64,000 nucleotides of DNA from Acidobacteriota bacterium (GCA_965209055.1 OZ242374.1:2272001-2336000), one strand, 5' to 3'; numbered from the stretch's first letter, positions 28,479 to 38,231 are shown. Notes: a model not told the origin generated them from the letters alone. Numbers and translations are program-made.

Positions 28479-29510
28479 CTACCAGTGGACCCGGAACTTG
28501 AGGATCTGGTGTCCCGCCTGAATGAAGACCAGCCCCTCGTCCGCCCGGCTGACGGCCACGGCGTGGTGGCGGCCTCCCAAGTGGTCGAACAGCCCCTCGG
28601 CGTCGTCTGCCGTGATGGTGGCCAGGAGATCTCCGTTCCGGCTCAGAATCCACAAGAACCGATGCTGAGGGCCGACGGGAACCACCGGGCCGATTCCGCC
28701 GACGTCGGGGGGACAGTGGAAACCGGCGGCGTAGATGTTCTCCCGGCTGTCGACGCAGATTTGGCGAGGCTGAAAAATCACGCCGTCGCCGATGGATCTT
28801 TGGAAGTTTCCCTGGAGGTCGAACACCTGGATGCGGTTGTTCTCGGTATCGGAGGCATAGAGGTCACCGCTGGCGGGGCCCACCGCCAAGCCGTACGGAC
28901 CCTCGGGAGAGGTGGCGCCGCGGCCGATCTCGTGTCCGTAGCGGCCCCTCAACGGTGATCTTCCGGCGAATCGGCCGGGTCTCTCGCCATGTCCGCCGAA
29001 CGCCGCCACGAAACGGCCGCGATGATCGAACTTTTGAATCCGGTTGTTTCCGCCCAGATAGGTGTGGGTGTCGCTGACGTAGATGTGTCCGTCGGCGTCG
29101 AAGGCCAGACCGTTGGGACCGGCGCCGCCGAACTGACCTGGACCGTTGCCGTAGCTGCCGAACATCATCCGGAAGGATCCGCCGGAATCGAATTTCTGCA
29201 CCCGGTTGTTCCAGGAGTCGCCGATGAAGAGGTTGTCGTCCGCATCGACTCCGATCCCCCGGAACATGAAGAACTGCCCCGGTGCGGTGCCGTGTCGGGG
29301 CCTCCCGTCCGATCCGACGGCTCCCAGCGACCACAACGGTTCACCGTCCGGGCTGATCCGCTGAACGCGATGGTTGGTTTCGTCGGCGACCAGGATCCGG
29401 CCGCGGCTGTCGGACGCGAGCCCTTCGGGATTGTGGAACTGACCCGGCAAGCGGCCGCCCTGCTTGGGTCCGAAGGCGTTCAGGAGCTCGATTCCTGGGC
29501 CCGTCACCAT
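28479..29510 (-). CDS. NHL-repeat beta-propeller protein B
   Basis: FHNPEGLA, DSWNNRVQKFD, GNGPGQF repeats. Confidence 0.88.
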   Translation of the reverse strand: MVTGPGIELLNAFGPKQGGRLPGQFHNPEGLASDSRGRILVADETNHRVQRISPDGEPLWSLGAVGSDGRPRHGTAPGQFFMFRGIGVDADDNLFIGDSWNNRVQKFDSGGSFRMMFGSYGNGPGQFGGAGPNGLAFDADGHIYVSDTHTYLGGNNRIQKFDHRGRFVAAFGGHGERPGRFAGRSPLRGRYGHEIGRGATSPEGPYGLAVGPASGDLYASDTENNRIQVFDLQGNFQRSIGDGVIFQPRQICVDSRENIYAAGFHCPPDVGGIGPVVPVGPQHRFLWILSRNGDLLATITADDAEGLFDHLGGRHHAVAVSRADEGLVFIQAGHQILKFRVHW

Positions 29511-30592
29511 TCCACCCGGTAGCTGAAGATCAGATGATCGCCCTGCACGTAGACGATGCTCTCATCCAACCGGTCCACCGCCAGACCGTATCCGTGCGCG
29601 TGCAGGCCGGCGCCGTAACGGTGCCGCATCTGGTCGTGGGTCTCGGTCAGGCCGATCCTGCCCAGAGGAGTCCCATAGGCCGAGAACACCGATACCCAGC
29701 GGGCTTCGGCCTCCAACCTCCATTGGCCGGGACGGTTCAGGTCGTGGACCGCCATCGGCGGTTCGTGCAGGTGGACTCCCGAGACGTAGACCCGCCCGCT
29801 GCCGTCCACCGCCACTTGGCGCGGTCGAAAGATCTCGCCGGCGCCGATATGAACGGGAGGAACGGTGGGTCCCCGGAATCCGATCACCCGATCGTTGTCG
29901 CAGTCGGCAACGTAGACCATACCGCCTCGGAGGTGCTCTTCCGCCAGGTGGCCGGCTTGGGTGTTGACGGCGATGCCGGCGGGTCCGATGGGACCCGGAC
30001 CGATTCCGGGCCCGTGATCGAAGCCGTACTGGCGAATGGGAGCCGCGCCGGCGAAATTCCGGGGCCCGGCGCCGTAGCTACCGAAGTGCTCCAGGTAATC
30101 TCCGGCGGGAGTGAAGATCTGGACCCTGTGGTTGCCGCCTTCGGCGGTATGGCTGTCGCTGACCAGCACCCGGCCCTGCTCGTCGACGGCGATCCCCAGA
30201 GGTCCGTCTCCACCGAATTGTCCCGGCGCGTTTCCCCAGCTCCCGAACAGAGTCAGCAGGCCGCCCTCCGGCGAGAATTTCTGGACCCGGCAGTTCCGGC
30301 TGTCGGCGACGTAGACGTTGTTCCGGGGGTCCACCGCGATGGCTTGGGGACTGTCGAATTCCGACTGGGCCGTGCCGCGCCGGGGCCTCCCGGACGAGTC
30401 CTGTGCGCCGACGGACCAGAGCCGGCGGCCGTCCCGGTTCAGCTTCACGATCCGGTGATTACCGGTGTCGGCGACCAGGAGGTTCCCTTCATGGTCCGAA
30501 GCCAGGGCTGACGGGTTTCGGAATGCCGACTCGCCATGACCACCGTCATGGATACCCCAGGTTGCCAGAAGAATGACCTTGGGCCTATCCAC
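29504..30592 (-). CDS. NHL-repeat beta-propeller protein A
   Basis: ADTGNHRIVK, FDSPQAIAVD, ADSRNCRVQKF repeats; overlaps protein B. Confidence 0.88.
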   Translation of the reverse strand: MDRPKVILLATWGIHDGGHGESAFRNPSALASDHEGNLLVADTGNHRIVKLNRDGRRLWSVGAQDSSGRPRRGTAQSEFDSPQAIAVDPRNNVYVADSRNCRVQKFSPEGGLLTLFGSWGNAPGQFGGDGPLGIAVDEQGRVLVSDSHTAEGGNHRVQIFTPAGDYLEHFGSYGAGPRNFAGAAPIRQYGFDHGPGIGPGPIGPAGIAVNTQAGHLAEEHLRGGMVYVADCDNDRVIGFRGPTVPPVHIGAGEIFRPRQVAVDGSGRVYVSGVHLHEPPMAVHDLNRPGQWRLEAEARWVSVFSAYGTPLGRIGLTETHDQMRHRYGAGLHAHGYGLAVDRLDESIVYVQGDHLIFSYRVEW

Positions 30593-30678
30593 GCCGTTTT
30601 CTCGCGAGTGCGATGAACCTGTTGCCTGAACCGGCTCCAGGCCACCGAGTCGTTACTCCGTCTCCATCACGACCCTGG

Positions 30679-30894
30679 TCAGTAATTCCTGTTGTGACAC
30701 AGAGAAAGTCGATTCAGATAGAGTTGCTGAAATTCTTCTTCGGACAGATCGGGAAACCTGCGACGTAAACCGTCACGAAAAAGTCGCCGGACATTGTCGG
30801 AGAGTTCAAACGCCTTGGCCAGCCGCTGCCGGGCGGTCATACGGCGCAAAACGGCCAAGTAGATCCTGTGATCAGGCTGTGGTTTCAAAGCCAC
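30679..30894 (-). CDS. Small helical protein resembling nucleotidyltransferase-associated antitoxin-like proteins
   Basis: LRRMTARQRLAKAFELSD...GLRRRFPDLSEEE pattern; GTG start 8 nt after TGCTAGACT. Confidence 0.6.
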   Translation of the reverse strand: MALKPQPDHRIYLAVLRRMTARQRLAKAFELSDNVRRLFRDGLRRRFPDLSEEEFQQLYLNRLSLCHNRNY

Positions 30895-31131
30895 CGGCGC
30901 CGAGTCTAGCACAGCGAAACCAGGGCCATACGAATATCGAATTCAAGTGGGGCAGGGAGGGATGCCGCCGTTTTGTTGGTGCCGGGAGTTGGAGTCGGCA
31001 ACTGGATCGGATGAGATTTCACTGTACTATACGGAACGGTCAAGTTCGAGGGAACGGAAACCTTGGGAGATGCACCTTGTGTCGCGATACCCATCGTCGG
31101 AGCTTCGGGTGCCGGGAACTGGAGAAACGCC

Positions 31132-32316
31132 ATGCCTATTCTGATTTGCATCGTGGCCTTCTTGCTGATGCCGCTTTCGGCATTCGCCTCGGACCACAAC
31201 ACCCTCACCTCGGAGGAGGCCGCGGCGGGATGGATCCTGCTCTGGGACGGCAAGACCGAGTACGGCTGGGAATGGCATGGGGACGCCCGCTGGAAGGTGG
31301 ACGACGGAGTGCTCCGATCCGACGGCGGCGGGTATGGGTGGCTGGGCACGACCAGCATGTTCGGCGACTTCGAGCTCAGCCTGGAATTTCGCACCGCGGA
31401 GGACGGGAACAGCGGCATCTTTCTCCGCTCCGCCCGCAGGGGGCCGCCCCACGAGACCGGGTACGAACTCCAGGTCTACAACCGGCAGCCGCAGGGCTAC
31501 AACACCGGCAGCCTGGTCTTCTATGTGAATGCGGAGCCCGCCCGGTTCGAGGGTGGCCAGTGGAACCGGTACGAGGTTCGCGCCGTGGGGAGCCGTTTCG
31601 TCGTGAAGCTCAACGGGAAGCAGGTGCTGGACGCCAATGACTCGTCGCATGCCGTGGGCGTGATCGGGCTGCAGTACAACGTGGACAAGCCCATCGAGTA
31701 TCGCAATATCAAGCTCAAGCCGCTGGGGTTGAGCCCGCTCTTCAATGGACAGGATCTGAGCGGTTGGCGGAAGGTCGATCGCCCCAACCGGGACGACGTG
31801 CATGAATGGTCGGTGCGGGAAGGGACCCTCCACGTGGAGAAGGGCGCCGGCCAACTGGAGACCGAGAAGGAGTTCAAGAACCTGGTGCTGCAACTGGCGA
31901 TCCGGACCAACCCGCCCCACGCCGGCCACCATCCCAACAGCGGCGTCTTCTTCCGGGGGGAGAAGGGGGTCTTCTGGAGCGGGTACGAGTCCCAGATCCG
32001 GAACGAGTTCCGCAACGGCGATCGCACGCAACCCCATGACTTCGGCACGGGGGGACTCTATTTCTACGTGCCGGCCCGAGAAGTCATTCCCGAAGATGGA
32101 GAGTTCTTCTACAAGACGGTCATCGCCCATGGCCGCCATCTGGCGGTCTGGGTCAACGGCGTCCAGACCAGCGACTGGGAAGACCCGCGACCGCCCGGCA
32201 ACAATGCCCGGCGCCAAGCCCGGTTGGTTCCCGGTGTGGTCAGCCTTCAGGCCCACGATCCCACCACGAACCTGGACTTCAAGAACATCCGGGCCGTCGA
32301 GCTGCCGGAGCGTTGA
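31132..32316 (+). CDS. Secreted tandem DUF1080 (3-keto-glycoside hydratase-like) protein
   Basis: Two domains: LLWDGK...GNSGIFLR...YELQ...GLQY...YRNIK and LFNGQDLSGW...NSGVFFR...YESQI...SLQAHD...FKNIR; SD GGAG. Confidence 0.9.
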   Translation: MPILICIVAFLLMPLSAFASDHNTLTSEEAAAGWILLWDGKTEYGWEWHGDARWKVDDGVLRSDGGGYGWLGTTSMFGDFELSLEFRTAEDGNSGIFLRSARRGPPHETGYELQVYNRQPQGYNTGSLVFYVNAEPARFEGGQWNRYEVRAVGSRFVVKLNGKQVLDANDSSHAVGVIGLQYNVDKPIEYRNIKLKPLGLSPLFNGQDLSGWRKVDRPNRDDVHEWSVREGTLHVEKGAGQLETEKEFKNLVLQLAIRTNPPHAGHHPNSGVFFRGEKGVFWSGYESQIRNEFRNGDRTQPHDFGTGGLYFYVPAREVIPEDGEFFYKTVIAHGRHLAVWVNGVQTSDWEDPRPPGNNARRQARLVPGVVSLQAHDPTTNLDFKNIRAVELPER

Positions 32317-32337
32317 CCGGCGCCGCGTGACCCGGTT

Positions 32338-33129
32338 TCAGGCCGCCGGTCCCTTGCCGGCGTTGACGCCGAGTTCTCGCCGATAAGCCTCGAGCGACAG
32401 CAGGTCGTCCGGCATCACGTTCCCCACGTTCACTTCGGGGCCGAATCGATCCACCAGGCCGCGCCGCATCCGATGGATGTGGTGGGACTCGACACCGGGG
32501 ATCCAGGGTCCGGGGAGTTCGAACATGACACGATCGAGACCGACGGCCGCCACCGTTTCGTCGACCTCGCGACGGGTCGCGTCATCGGCGTGAACCAGCT
32601 CCGCGGCCTCCAGCAGGATGATGCTGGCGCCGGCGTCCAGGCAGGCCCTGGCGTCGTCGGGAAAGCTGGGGCCGTGGGAGAGGCCCTCCTTCTTGCCGAC
32701 TTCTCCCAGCACGCCCATCCCGAATGCGGTCACTGCTTCCTCGATGACCCGGACCTTCCATTCCAGGGGGAGGTCTGCCACGTTGTTGGAGACCTCGATC
32801 CAGCGGTATCCGGCCCTCCGGCAGGCCGGAAGGTAGAGATCGGCTTTCCCGTGGACCTGGGCGTACTCGAGATACTGGCCGCCGGGGAAAGCCTCGATCC
32901 GGTGAGCCCGGTAGGCGCCGATCTTCTCGACCAGGACTGCATCCGTGAGCAGACGCGACAGACCGACGGCGATCTTGGCGAAGTCGATGTAGGGCGCCGC
33001 GGTGGCGGCCAGGTCGTTCTGGTGGGCGGCGCCAAGTCCCCAATCCACAACCATGGTCAGACCCGACGACCGGGGCTTCCGGCTGCGCGGAGCGCCGTCC
33101 AAGCCGGCGAATATGTGCCGTTCGTTCAT
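32338..33129 (-). CDS. comA: Phosphosulfolactate synthase (ComA family)
   Basis: KPRSSGLTMVVDWG, IDFAKI, FPGG, IEVSN, GEVGKK, FELP, FGPEVNVGNV, LEAYRR. Confidence 0.88.
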   Translation of the reverse strand: MNERHIFAGLDGAPRSRKPRSSGLTMVVDWGLGAAHQNDLAATAAPYIDFAKIAVGLSRLLTDAVLVEKIGAYRAHRIEAFPGGQYLEYAQVHGKADLYLPACRRAGYRWIEVSNNVADLPLEWKVRVIEEAVTAFGMGVLGEVGKKEGLSHGPSFPDDARACLDAGASIILLEAAELVHADDATRREVDETVAAVGLDRVMFELPGPWIPGVESHHIHRMRRGLVDRFGPEVNVGNVMPDDLLSLEAYRRELGVNAGKGPAA

Positions 33130-33145
33130 CTGGGGCCGGCTGGCG

Positions 33146-35647
33146 TCATCCAGTCAGTTTGCGGTTCTTGGGATCGTAACGGGGAATGGACACGACCGTC
33201 GCTCGGTGCGGCTCCTCGAAATAGTCGATTTCCAGGTGGCTTCCCGGCAGAGAGGCCTCTGTCGGGAGATAGCTGAACGCCAGGTTCTCCTGAACCGTAT
33301 AACCGTAACCGGCACTGGTGACGTAGCCCACCCGGCTTCCCTCGAAGCGGACCGGCTCGGCTCCCATGAGCACCGTATCGGGGTCTTCCAGCCGGAGGCA
33401 GCACCATTTCCGCCTCACCCCTTCGGTTACGATCCTTTCCAGCGCGGCCTTTCCCAGAAAGTCCTTCTTGTCCATGCTCACGGCGAAACCGAGACCCGCT
33501 TCCAGTGGGTTGTATTCCGTGTGGACGTCGGAGCCCCACAGCCGGTAGCCTTTTTCCAGTCTCAGGCTCTCGAAAGCTCCTCCTCCCGCTGCCGCCGCTC
33601 CCAGGGATTGACCCGCCTCCCAGAGCGTGTCCCACAAATGCAATCCGTATTCCGTCGGGGCGTAGAGTTCCCATCCAAGTTCTCCCACGTAGGAGATACG
33701 GAGAGCGACCACCGGCACGTGGCGCACGTAGATCCGCTGGGCCGTCAGGTAGGGAAACGCCTGGTTCGACAGGTCGTTCTCGCTGACGGTTTGGACCAGC
33801 TCCCGGGCGGCGGGACCCCAGACTCCCAGGCAGCACCAGGCCGACGTCAAGTCCCGGATCTGGACCCGGCTCTTCCGGTCCAGATGGAGGCGGAGCCAGG
33901 CCAGATCGCGCATACCGGTCCCGGCTCCCGTGATGACCCAGAAGCGGTCCTCCTCCAACCGGGTGATGGTGAGATCGGCCTCCATCCCTCCGCGTCGGTT
34001 CAGCAGGGAGGTGTAGGTGATTCGGCCGGGAGGCCGGTCCATCCGGTTGGCGGCCAGGTGTTGGAGGGAGGCCAGGGCGCCCGGACCCGCGACCTCCAGC
34101 TTGGTGAAGGGGGTCAGATCGAACAGGCAGACCCGCTCCCGGGCGGCGCGATGCTCGGCGCCGATCAGGGGGGACCAGTAACGGGCGCTCCAGCCCTGTC
34201 GTCCGAGTCCTCCCTCAGGGGCCGGCAGGCGCTTGCTGGCGGCGAACCACTGGGGCCGTTCCCAGCCGGCGTTCTCGAACATTTCCCCTCCCAGTTCCTC
34301 CAGGCGCGGGTGAAAGGGGCTCAGTCGAAGCCGTCGCGGACGCTCGATCTGTTGGTTGGGGTGGATGACGTCGTAGACTTCGCGGTACTGCGTTCGTCCT
34401 CGAGCCAGGACATAGGGCCGGCTGGGGACATGGGCGTGGAAGCGATTGCAGTCCAGGTCGCGCAGGTCCAACGGGGGAAGACCCTCCACCATGTACTGGG
34501 CGATGGCCCGGCCCACGCCGCCGCCGTGAGTCAGCCAAACTCCCTCCGCCAGCCAGAAACCCTCGAGATGGGCGGATTGTCCCAGCAATGACTGGCCGTC
34601 GGGGGTGAAGGCGAAGATTCCGTTGAGGCGGAAGGGGAACGATGCCTCCCGCAGGCAGGGGAACAGTTCCCTGGAGTCGGCCAAGGCGTTGTCGAAGTGG
34701 TGGGACGGAAAAGGACGGAGCGCCGGTTGGGGAGCACCCGACGGATCCGGACCCAATGACTCGATGTCCACCGGCAGCGGCTCGTGCCGGTAGGAGCCCA
34801 CGCCATAGCGGTCGAAGTCCTGCCGGGAGTACATGGAGCGATCCTGGTGCCGGAGGATCGGTTGTGTGACCTCGTCGCCGGCTCCGGCCAGCGCGGGCAG
34901 GGGACCGGTCCGGGCGTAAAGGTGCTGCATGGGCTGCATGGGGACGGGAACCCCCGCCATCCTGCCGACTCGCGGGCCCCAGATTCCCGCGCAGAGAAGA
35001 ACCTTCCCGGCTGCGATTCGGCCTTGGCTGCAGACCACTGCCGTCACCCTGCCATCGCGGGATTCGATGGAGGTGACCCTGGCGTCGGGCATGAAGAGCG
35101 CGCCCCGGCTCCCGGCCTCCCGGGCCAGGGCCTTCAAGATGCGGACCCCCTTTCCCAGACCGTCGGAAGGGACGTGGTAACCGCTGTATATCCGCCGGGA
35201 ATCGATCTGAGGAACGAGGCATCCGACCTCTTCCGGAGTCAGGATCCGGGCCGGCAATCCCCAGGAGCGGGCCAGACCGGCACGCCGCTTCAGGTCCCGG
35301 TGCCGCTTCAGGCTGCCGGCGACTTCGATGCTTCCCACCGGATAGAAGCAGGAAGCTTCCGATTGGGAACCCAGTTCGCGGTAGAGCCGGACGGTCCACT
35401 GGGCCAGCTTGCAGACGGTCCGGGAAGGATTGGTCTGGAAGACCAGTCCGGGAGCGTGGGAGGTGGACCCAAGGACCTGAAACAGAGGCCCCTGATCCAG
35501 AACGACCACATCGTCCCAACCGTAACGGGTCAGGTAGTAGGCGGCGCTGGAGCCCACGACGCCGGCGCCGATGATGACCAACCGGGCTTGGCGGGGGAGT
35601 CTGGGGGGATCCATCGATGCGAGCGTCCTGGGAGGCGGAGCCTCCAT
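33146..35647 (-). CDS. Dimethylglycine oxidase-like FAD oxidoreductase with GcvT domain
   Basis: GAGVVG; GSTSHAPGLVFQTNPS and PILRHQD motifs as recalled for Arthrobacter-type DMGO; FTPDG; SYVGELGWE; SLRLEKGY. Confidence 0.9.
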   Translation of the reverse strand: MEAPPPRTLASMDPPRLPRQARLVIIGAGVVGSSAAYYLTRYGWDDVVVLDQGPLFQVLGSTSHAPGLVFQTNPSRTVCKLAQWTVRLYRELGSQSEASCFYPVGSIEVAGSLKRHRDLKRRAGLARSWGLPARILTPEEVGCLVPQIDSRRIYSGYHVPSDGLGKGVRILKALAREAGSRGALFMPDARVTSIESRDGRVTAVVCSQGRIAAGKVLLCAGIWGPRVGRMAGVPVPMQPMQHLYARTGPLPALAGAGDEVTQPILRHQDRSMYSRQDFDRYGVGSYRHEPLPVDIESLGPDPSGAPQPALRPFPSHHFDNALADSRELFPCLREASFPFRLNGIFAFTPDGQSLLGQSAHLEGFWLAEGVWLTHGGGVGRAIAQYMVEGLPPLDLRDLDCNRFHAHVPSRPYVLARGRTQYREVYDVIHPNQQIERPRRLRLSPFHPRLEELGGEMFENAGWERPQWFAASKRLPAPEGGLGRQGWSARYWSPLIGAEHRAARERVCLFDLTPFTKLEVAGPGALASLQHLAANRMDRPPGRITYTSLLNRRGGMEADLTITRLEEDRFWVITGAGTGMRDLAWLRLHLDRKSRVQIRDLTSAWCCLGVWGPAARELVQTVSENDLSNQAFPYLTAQRIYVRHVPVVALRISYVGELGWELYAPTEYGLHLWDTLWEAGQSLGAAAAGGGAFESLRLEKGYRLWGSDVHTEYNPLEAGLGFAVSMDKKDFLGKAALERIVTEGVRRKWCCLRLEDPDTVLMGAEPVRFEGSRVGYVTSAGYGYTVQENLAFSYLPTEASLPGSHLEIDYFEEPHRATVVSIPRYDPKNRKLTG

Positions 35648-35801
35648 CCGGTCCGGATTCTACCGCCATGGAGATTGCCGAAACAACTCAACCGAGTCGG
35701 CCGCCTCCATCGCCGGCGGGAAGGGACCTCCGGTCGAAAGCCGTAGCCGCTTTCAGTCCCGGCTGTTAGAGTTGCCCCTTCTCCCACGTGAACCGAATCC
35801 A

Positions 35802-37301
35802 ATGATCGTCTCCTTCGTCCTCTATCTGGTGATCCTGTTGGGGCTTGGCCTCTATGCGTCCCGCTTCATCAAGAGCCTGAAGGGGTTCCTGCTGGCCGAC
35901 CGCTCCATGGGGCCGTTCGTCACCGCACTGTCTGCCGAAGCCTCCGCCATGAGCGGTTGGCTGCTGATCGCAATCCCCGCTCGCGCGTTCACCTACGGAC
36001 TCGCCGCCATCTGGGTGGGATTGGCCTGTGTCATGGGGGACGCGGTGAGTTGGCTGTCGGTCTCCAAGCGGTTGCGGCGGCAGACGGAGCGGCTGCGGGC
36101 CCTGACCTTGCCCGAGTACTTTGAAAAGAGGTTCGCCAAGGAAGGAGGGTACGCCGTTCAACTGGTGGCCACCCTGGGAATCATGGTCTTCATGCTCATC
36201 TACCTCTGGGCCCAATTCGTGGCCGCGGGCAAGGCCATGTCGGCCATTCTGGACTACGTCGATTACCCGGAAGCCACGCTGCTGGCTGCCATCATCATCA
36301 TCGTGTACACGCTGCTGGGAGGATTCCGGGCCGTTGCCTGGACCGACTTCCTTCAAGGATTCATGATGCTGCTGGCCCTCACCATGCTGCCCCTGATCTG
36401 CCTGGCGAAAGTGGGCGGCTGGAATGCGCTCATGGGGCACCTTTCCCAGGTCTCCTCCGAGATGCCCGGAACCGCCAGTTCCAACCTGGATCACTGGTTC
36501 GCGGGGCTGACGGGGTTGGTGCTGTTCACCTTTCTCTTCGAGGACGCCGGAGTGGGGGTCGGCTATGTGGGTCAGCCTCACATCAGCGCCCGCTACATGG
36601 CGGTGCGGAAGGTCGCCCACCTGAAGACGGCTTTCATGGTGTCCGTCTGCTGGAACCTGCTGGCCGTTTCGGGAGCCGTGCTTCTGGGGCTGACCGCCCA
36701 CTATTGGTATCGATTCGCCGCCGCAGAGACGGTGCAGTCCCGCCTGGATTCCGCCCTGATCTTCAACGTGGAGCAGGTTCTGCCCATGATGGCTCGCCAG
36801 GTTCTGGATCCCTGGGTCGCCGGAATCCTGGTCTCGGCCACGCTGGCCGCCATCATGTCCTCGGCCGACAGCTTCCTGCTTTCCGCCGCCAGCTCCATGA
36901 CCCGGGACGTCTACCAGCGCATCTTCCGGCAACAGGCATCGGAACGGGAACTGCTCAAGATATCGAGAGTGGTGACCATCGGACTGGGAACGGGGGCTCT
37001 GACACTGGCTCTCTCCACCGATCCCTGGGATCCGGAGGCCACCGTCTATCAGCTCGTCCTGTACGCCTGGGGTGGACTCTCCGCTTGCTTCACCGCGCCC
37101 CTGGTCATGGCCCTCTTCTATCGGAAAATGACGCGAGCCGGGTGCCTGGCGGGCATTCTGATCGGCGCCGGGACCAGCTTGGTCTGGCGCAACATCGAGG
37201 CCCTTTCCTCCGTCGCCTACGAATTGATCCCCTCGGTGATCGTCTCAGGCTGCACCATTTGGGTCGTCTCACGACTGACCTGGAACGGTGACCCCAAGTA
37301 G
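35802..37301 (+). CDS. putP: Sodium/proline symporter (SSS family)
   Basis: ALSAEASAMSGWLL, YTLLGGFRAVAWTD, GYVGQPHI, AAIMSSADS. Confidence 0.85.
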   Translation: MIVSFVLYLVILLGLGLYASRFIKSLKGFLLADRSMGPFVTALSAEASAMSGWLLIAIPARAFTYGLAAIWVGLACVMGDAVSWLSVSKRLRRQTERLRALTLPEYFEKRFAKEGGYAVQLVATLGIMVFMLIYLWAQFVAAGKAMSAILDYVDYPEATLLAAIIIIVYTLLGGFRAVAWTDFLQGFMMLLALTMLPLICLAKVGGWNALMGHLSQVSSEMPGTASSNLDHWFAGLTGLVLFTFLFEDAGVGVGYVGQPHISARYMAVRKVAHLKTAFMVSVCWNLLAVSGAVLLGLTAHYWYRFAAAETVQSRLDSALIFNVEQVLPMMARQVLDPWVAGILVSATLAAIMSSADSFLLSAASSMTRDVYQRIFRQQASERELLKISRVVTIGLGTGALTLALSTDPWDPEATVYQLVLYAWGGLSACFTAPLVMALFYRKMTRAGCLAGILIGAGTSLVWRNIEALSSVAYELIPSVIVSGCTIWVVSRLTWNGDPK

Positions 37302-37313
37302 CGCTGAACCGGA

Positions 37314-38231
37314 CTAACCCGATTTTTCGATCCGGGCCCCCTGCGTGTCCAGGTCCAAGACCCGGAACTGGGCGCGGGTCCCTGCCGCCGCCAGAGTGCG
37401 GACCATCCAGGCGCCGACCTCCGCTTCCCGGCCGGCCACCAGGGCGATCACGGTGGAGCCCGAACCGCTGATGAAGGTGCCCAGGAGCGAGGCGCTCCAG
37501 TCGCTTTCCGGGGGAGGTCCGGCCAGCACCTCATCAAGTCCCGGCACGAGGCTCGCCCGGTATGACTGGTGGATCCGATCCAACGTCGCTTCCCGCAGAA
37601 GGCGGGCCTCGCCGGTGTGAAGGGCATGCACCAACAGAGAGGCGCGCTGGATGTTGAACACAGCGGTGGCCAGATCGTAGGACCGGGGCAGGATGGCGCG
37701 GGCTTCGGGTGTGGAGATGGCCTGGTCCGGCACGGCCACGACGAATCGGCAGCGCAGGGCGGAACGCAACCGCAGGGAATGCACACGGGAACCGGATGTC
37801 CAGGAAAGGACCCATCCGCCCAGCAGGCTGGCGGCCAGGTTGTCGGGATGGCCTTCCAGGGGAAAGGCGATCCGGAGGGCGTCGCCGTCGGAAAAGCGTT
37901 CCCCCGTGATCTGCTCCGCGATCTTGATTCCCGCGATGATGGCGGCGCCGCTGCTGCCCAGACCGCGGGTGAGGGGGATGGGGTTGCCGATGCTGAGGCG
38001 AATCCCGGGCAGCCCGGCGCCCAAGTTGGAGAACGCGGTCCTCAGGGAGCGGTCCAGGACGTTTTCTTCAAGGGGCAGGGTCCAATCCGGAGGCCACTCG
38101 ACTCCGACTCCCTCGATGGGCTCCACTCCGATGGTCAGGTAAAGGCTCAGGGCTGCCGAGAGAGTATCGAACCCGGGTCCCAGATTGCTGGTGCTGGCCG
38201 GAACGCGGACCTGGAAGGGATCCCAGCTCAT
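37314..38231 (-). CDS. thrB: Homoserine kinase
   Basis: PASTSNLGPGFD, PLTRGLGSSGAA, EGHPDN, SGSGST. Confidence 0.95.
   Translation of the reverse strand: MSWDPFQVRVPASTSNLGPGFDTLSAALSLYLTIGVEPIEGVGVEWPPDWTLPLEENVLDRSLRTAFSNLGAGLPGIRLSIGNPIPLTRGLGSSGAAIIAGIKIAEQITGERFSDGDALRIAFPLEGHPDNLAASLLGGWVLSWTSGSRVHSLRLRSALRCRFVVAVPDQAISTPEARAILPRSYDLATAVFNIQRASLLVHALHTGEARLLREATLDRIHQSYRASLVPGLDEVLAGPPPESDWSASLLGTFISGSGSTVIALVAGREAEVGAWMVRTLAAAGTRAQFRVLDLDTQGARIEKSG

Noticed and set aside
28479-30592. Recurring nucleotide motifs as a possible CRISPR or repeat array
   Set aside because: Degenerate coding repeats of NHL blades; no constant repeat-spacer structure and no cas genes
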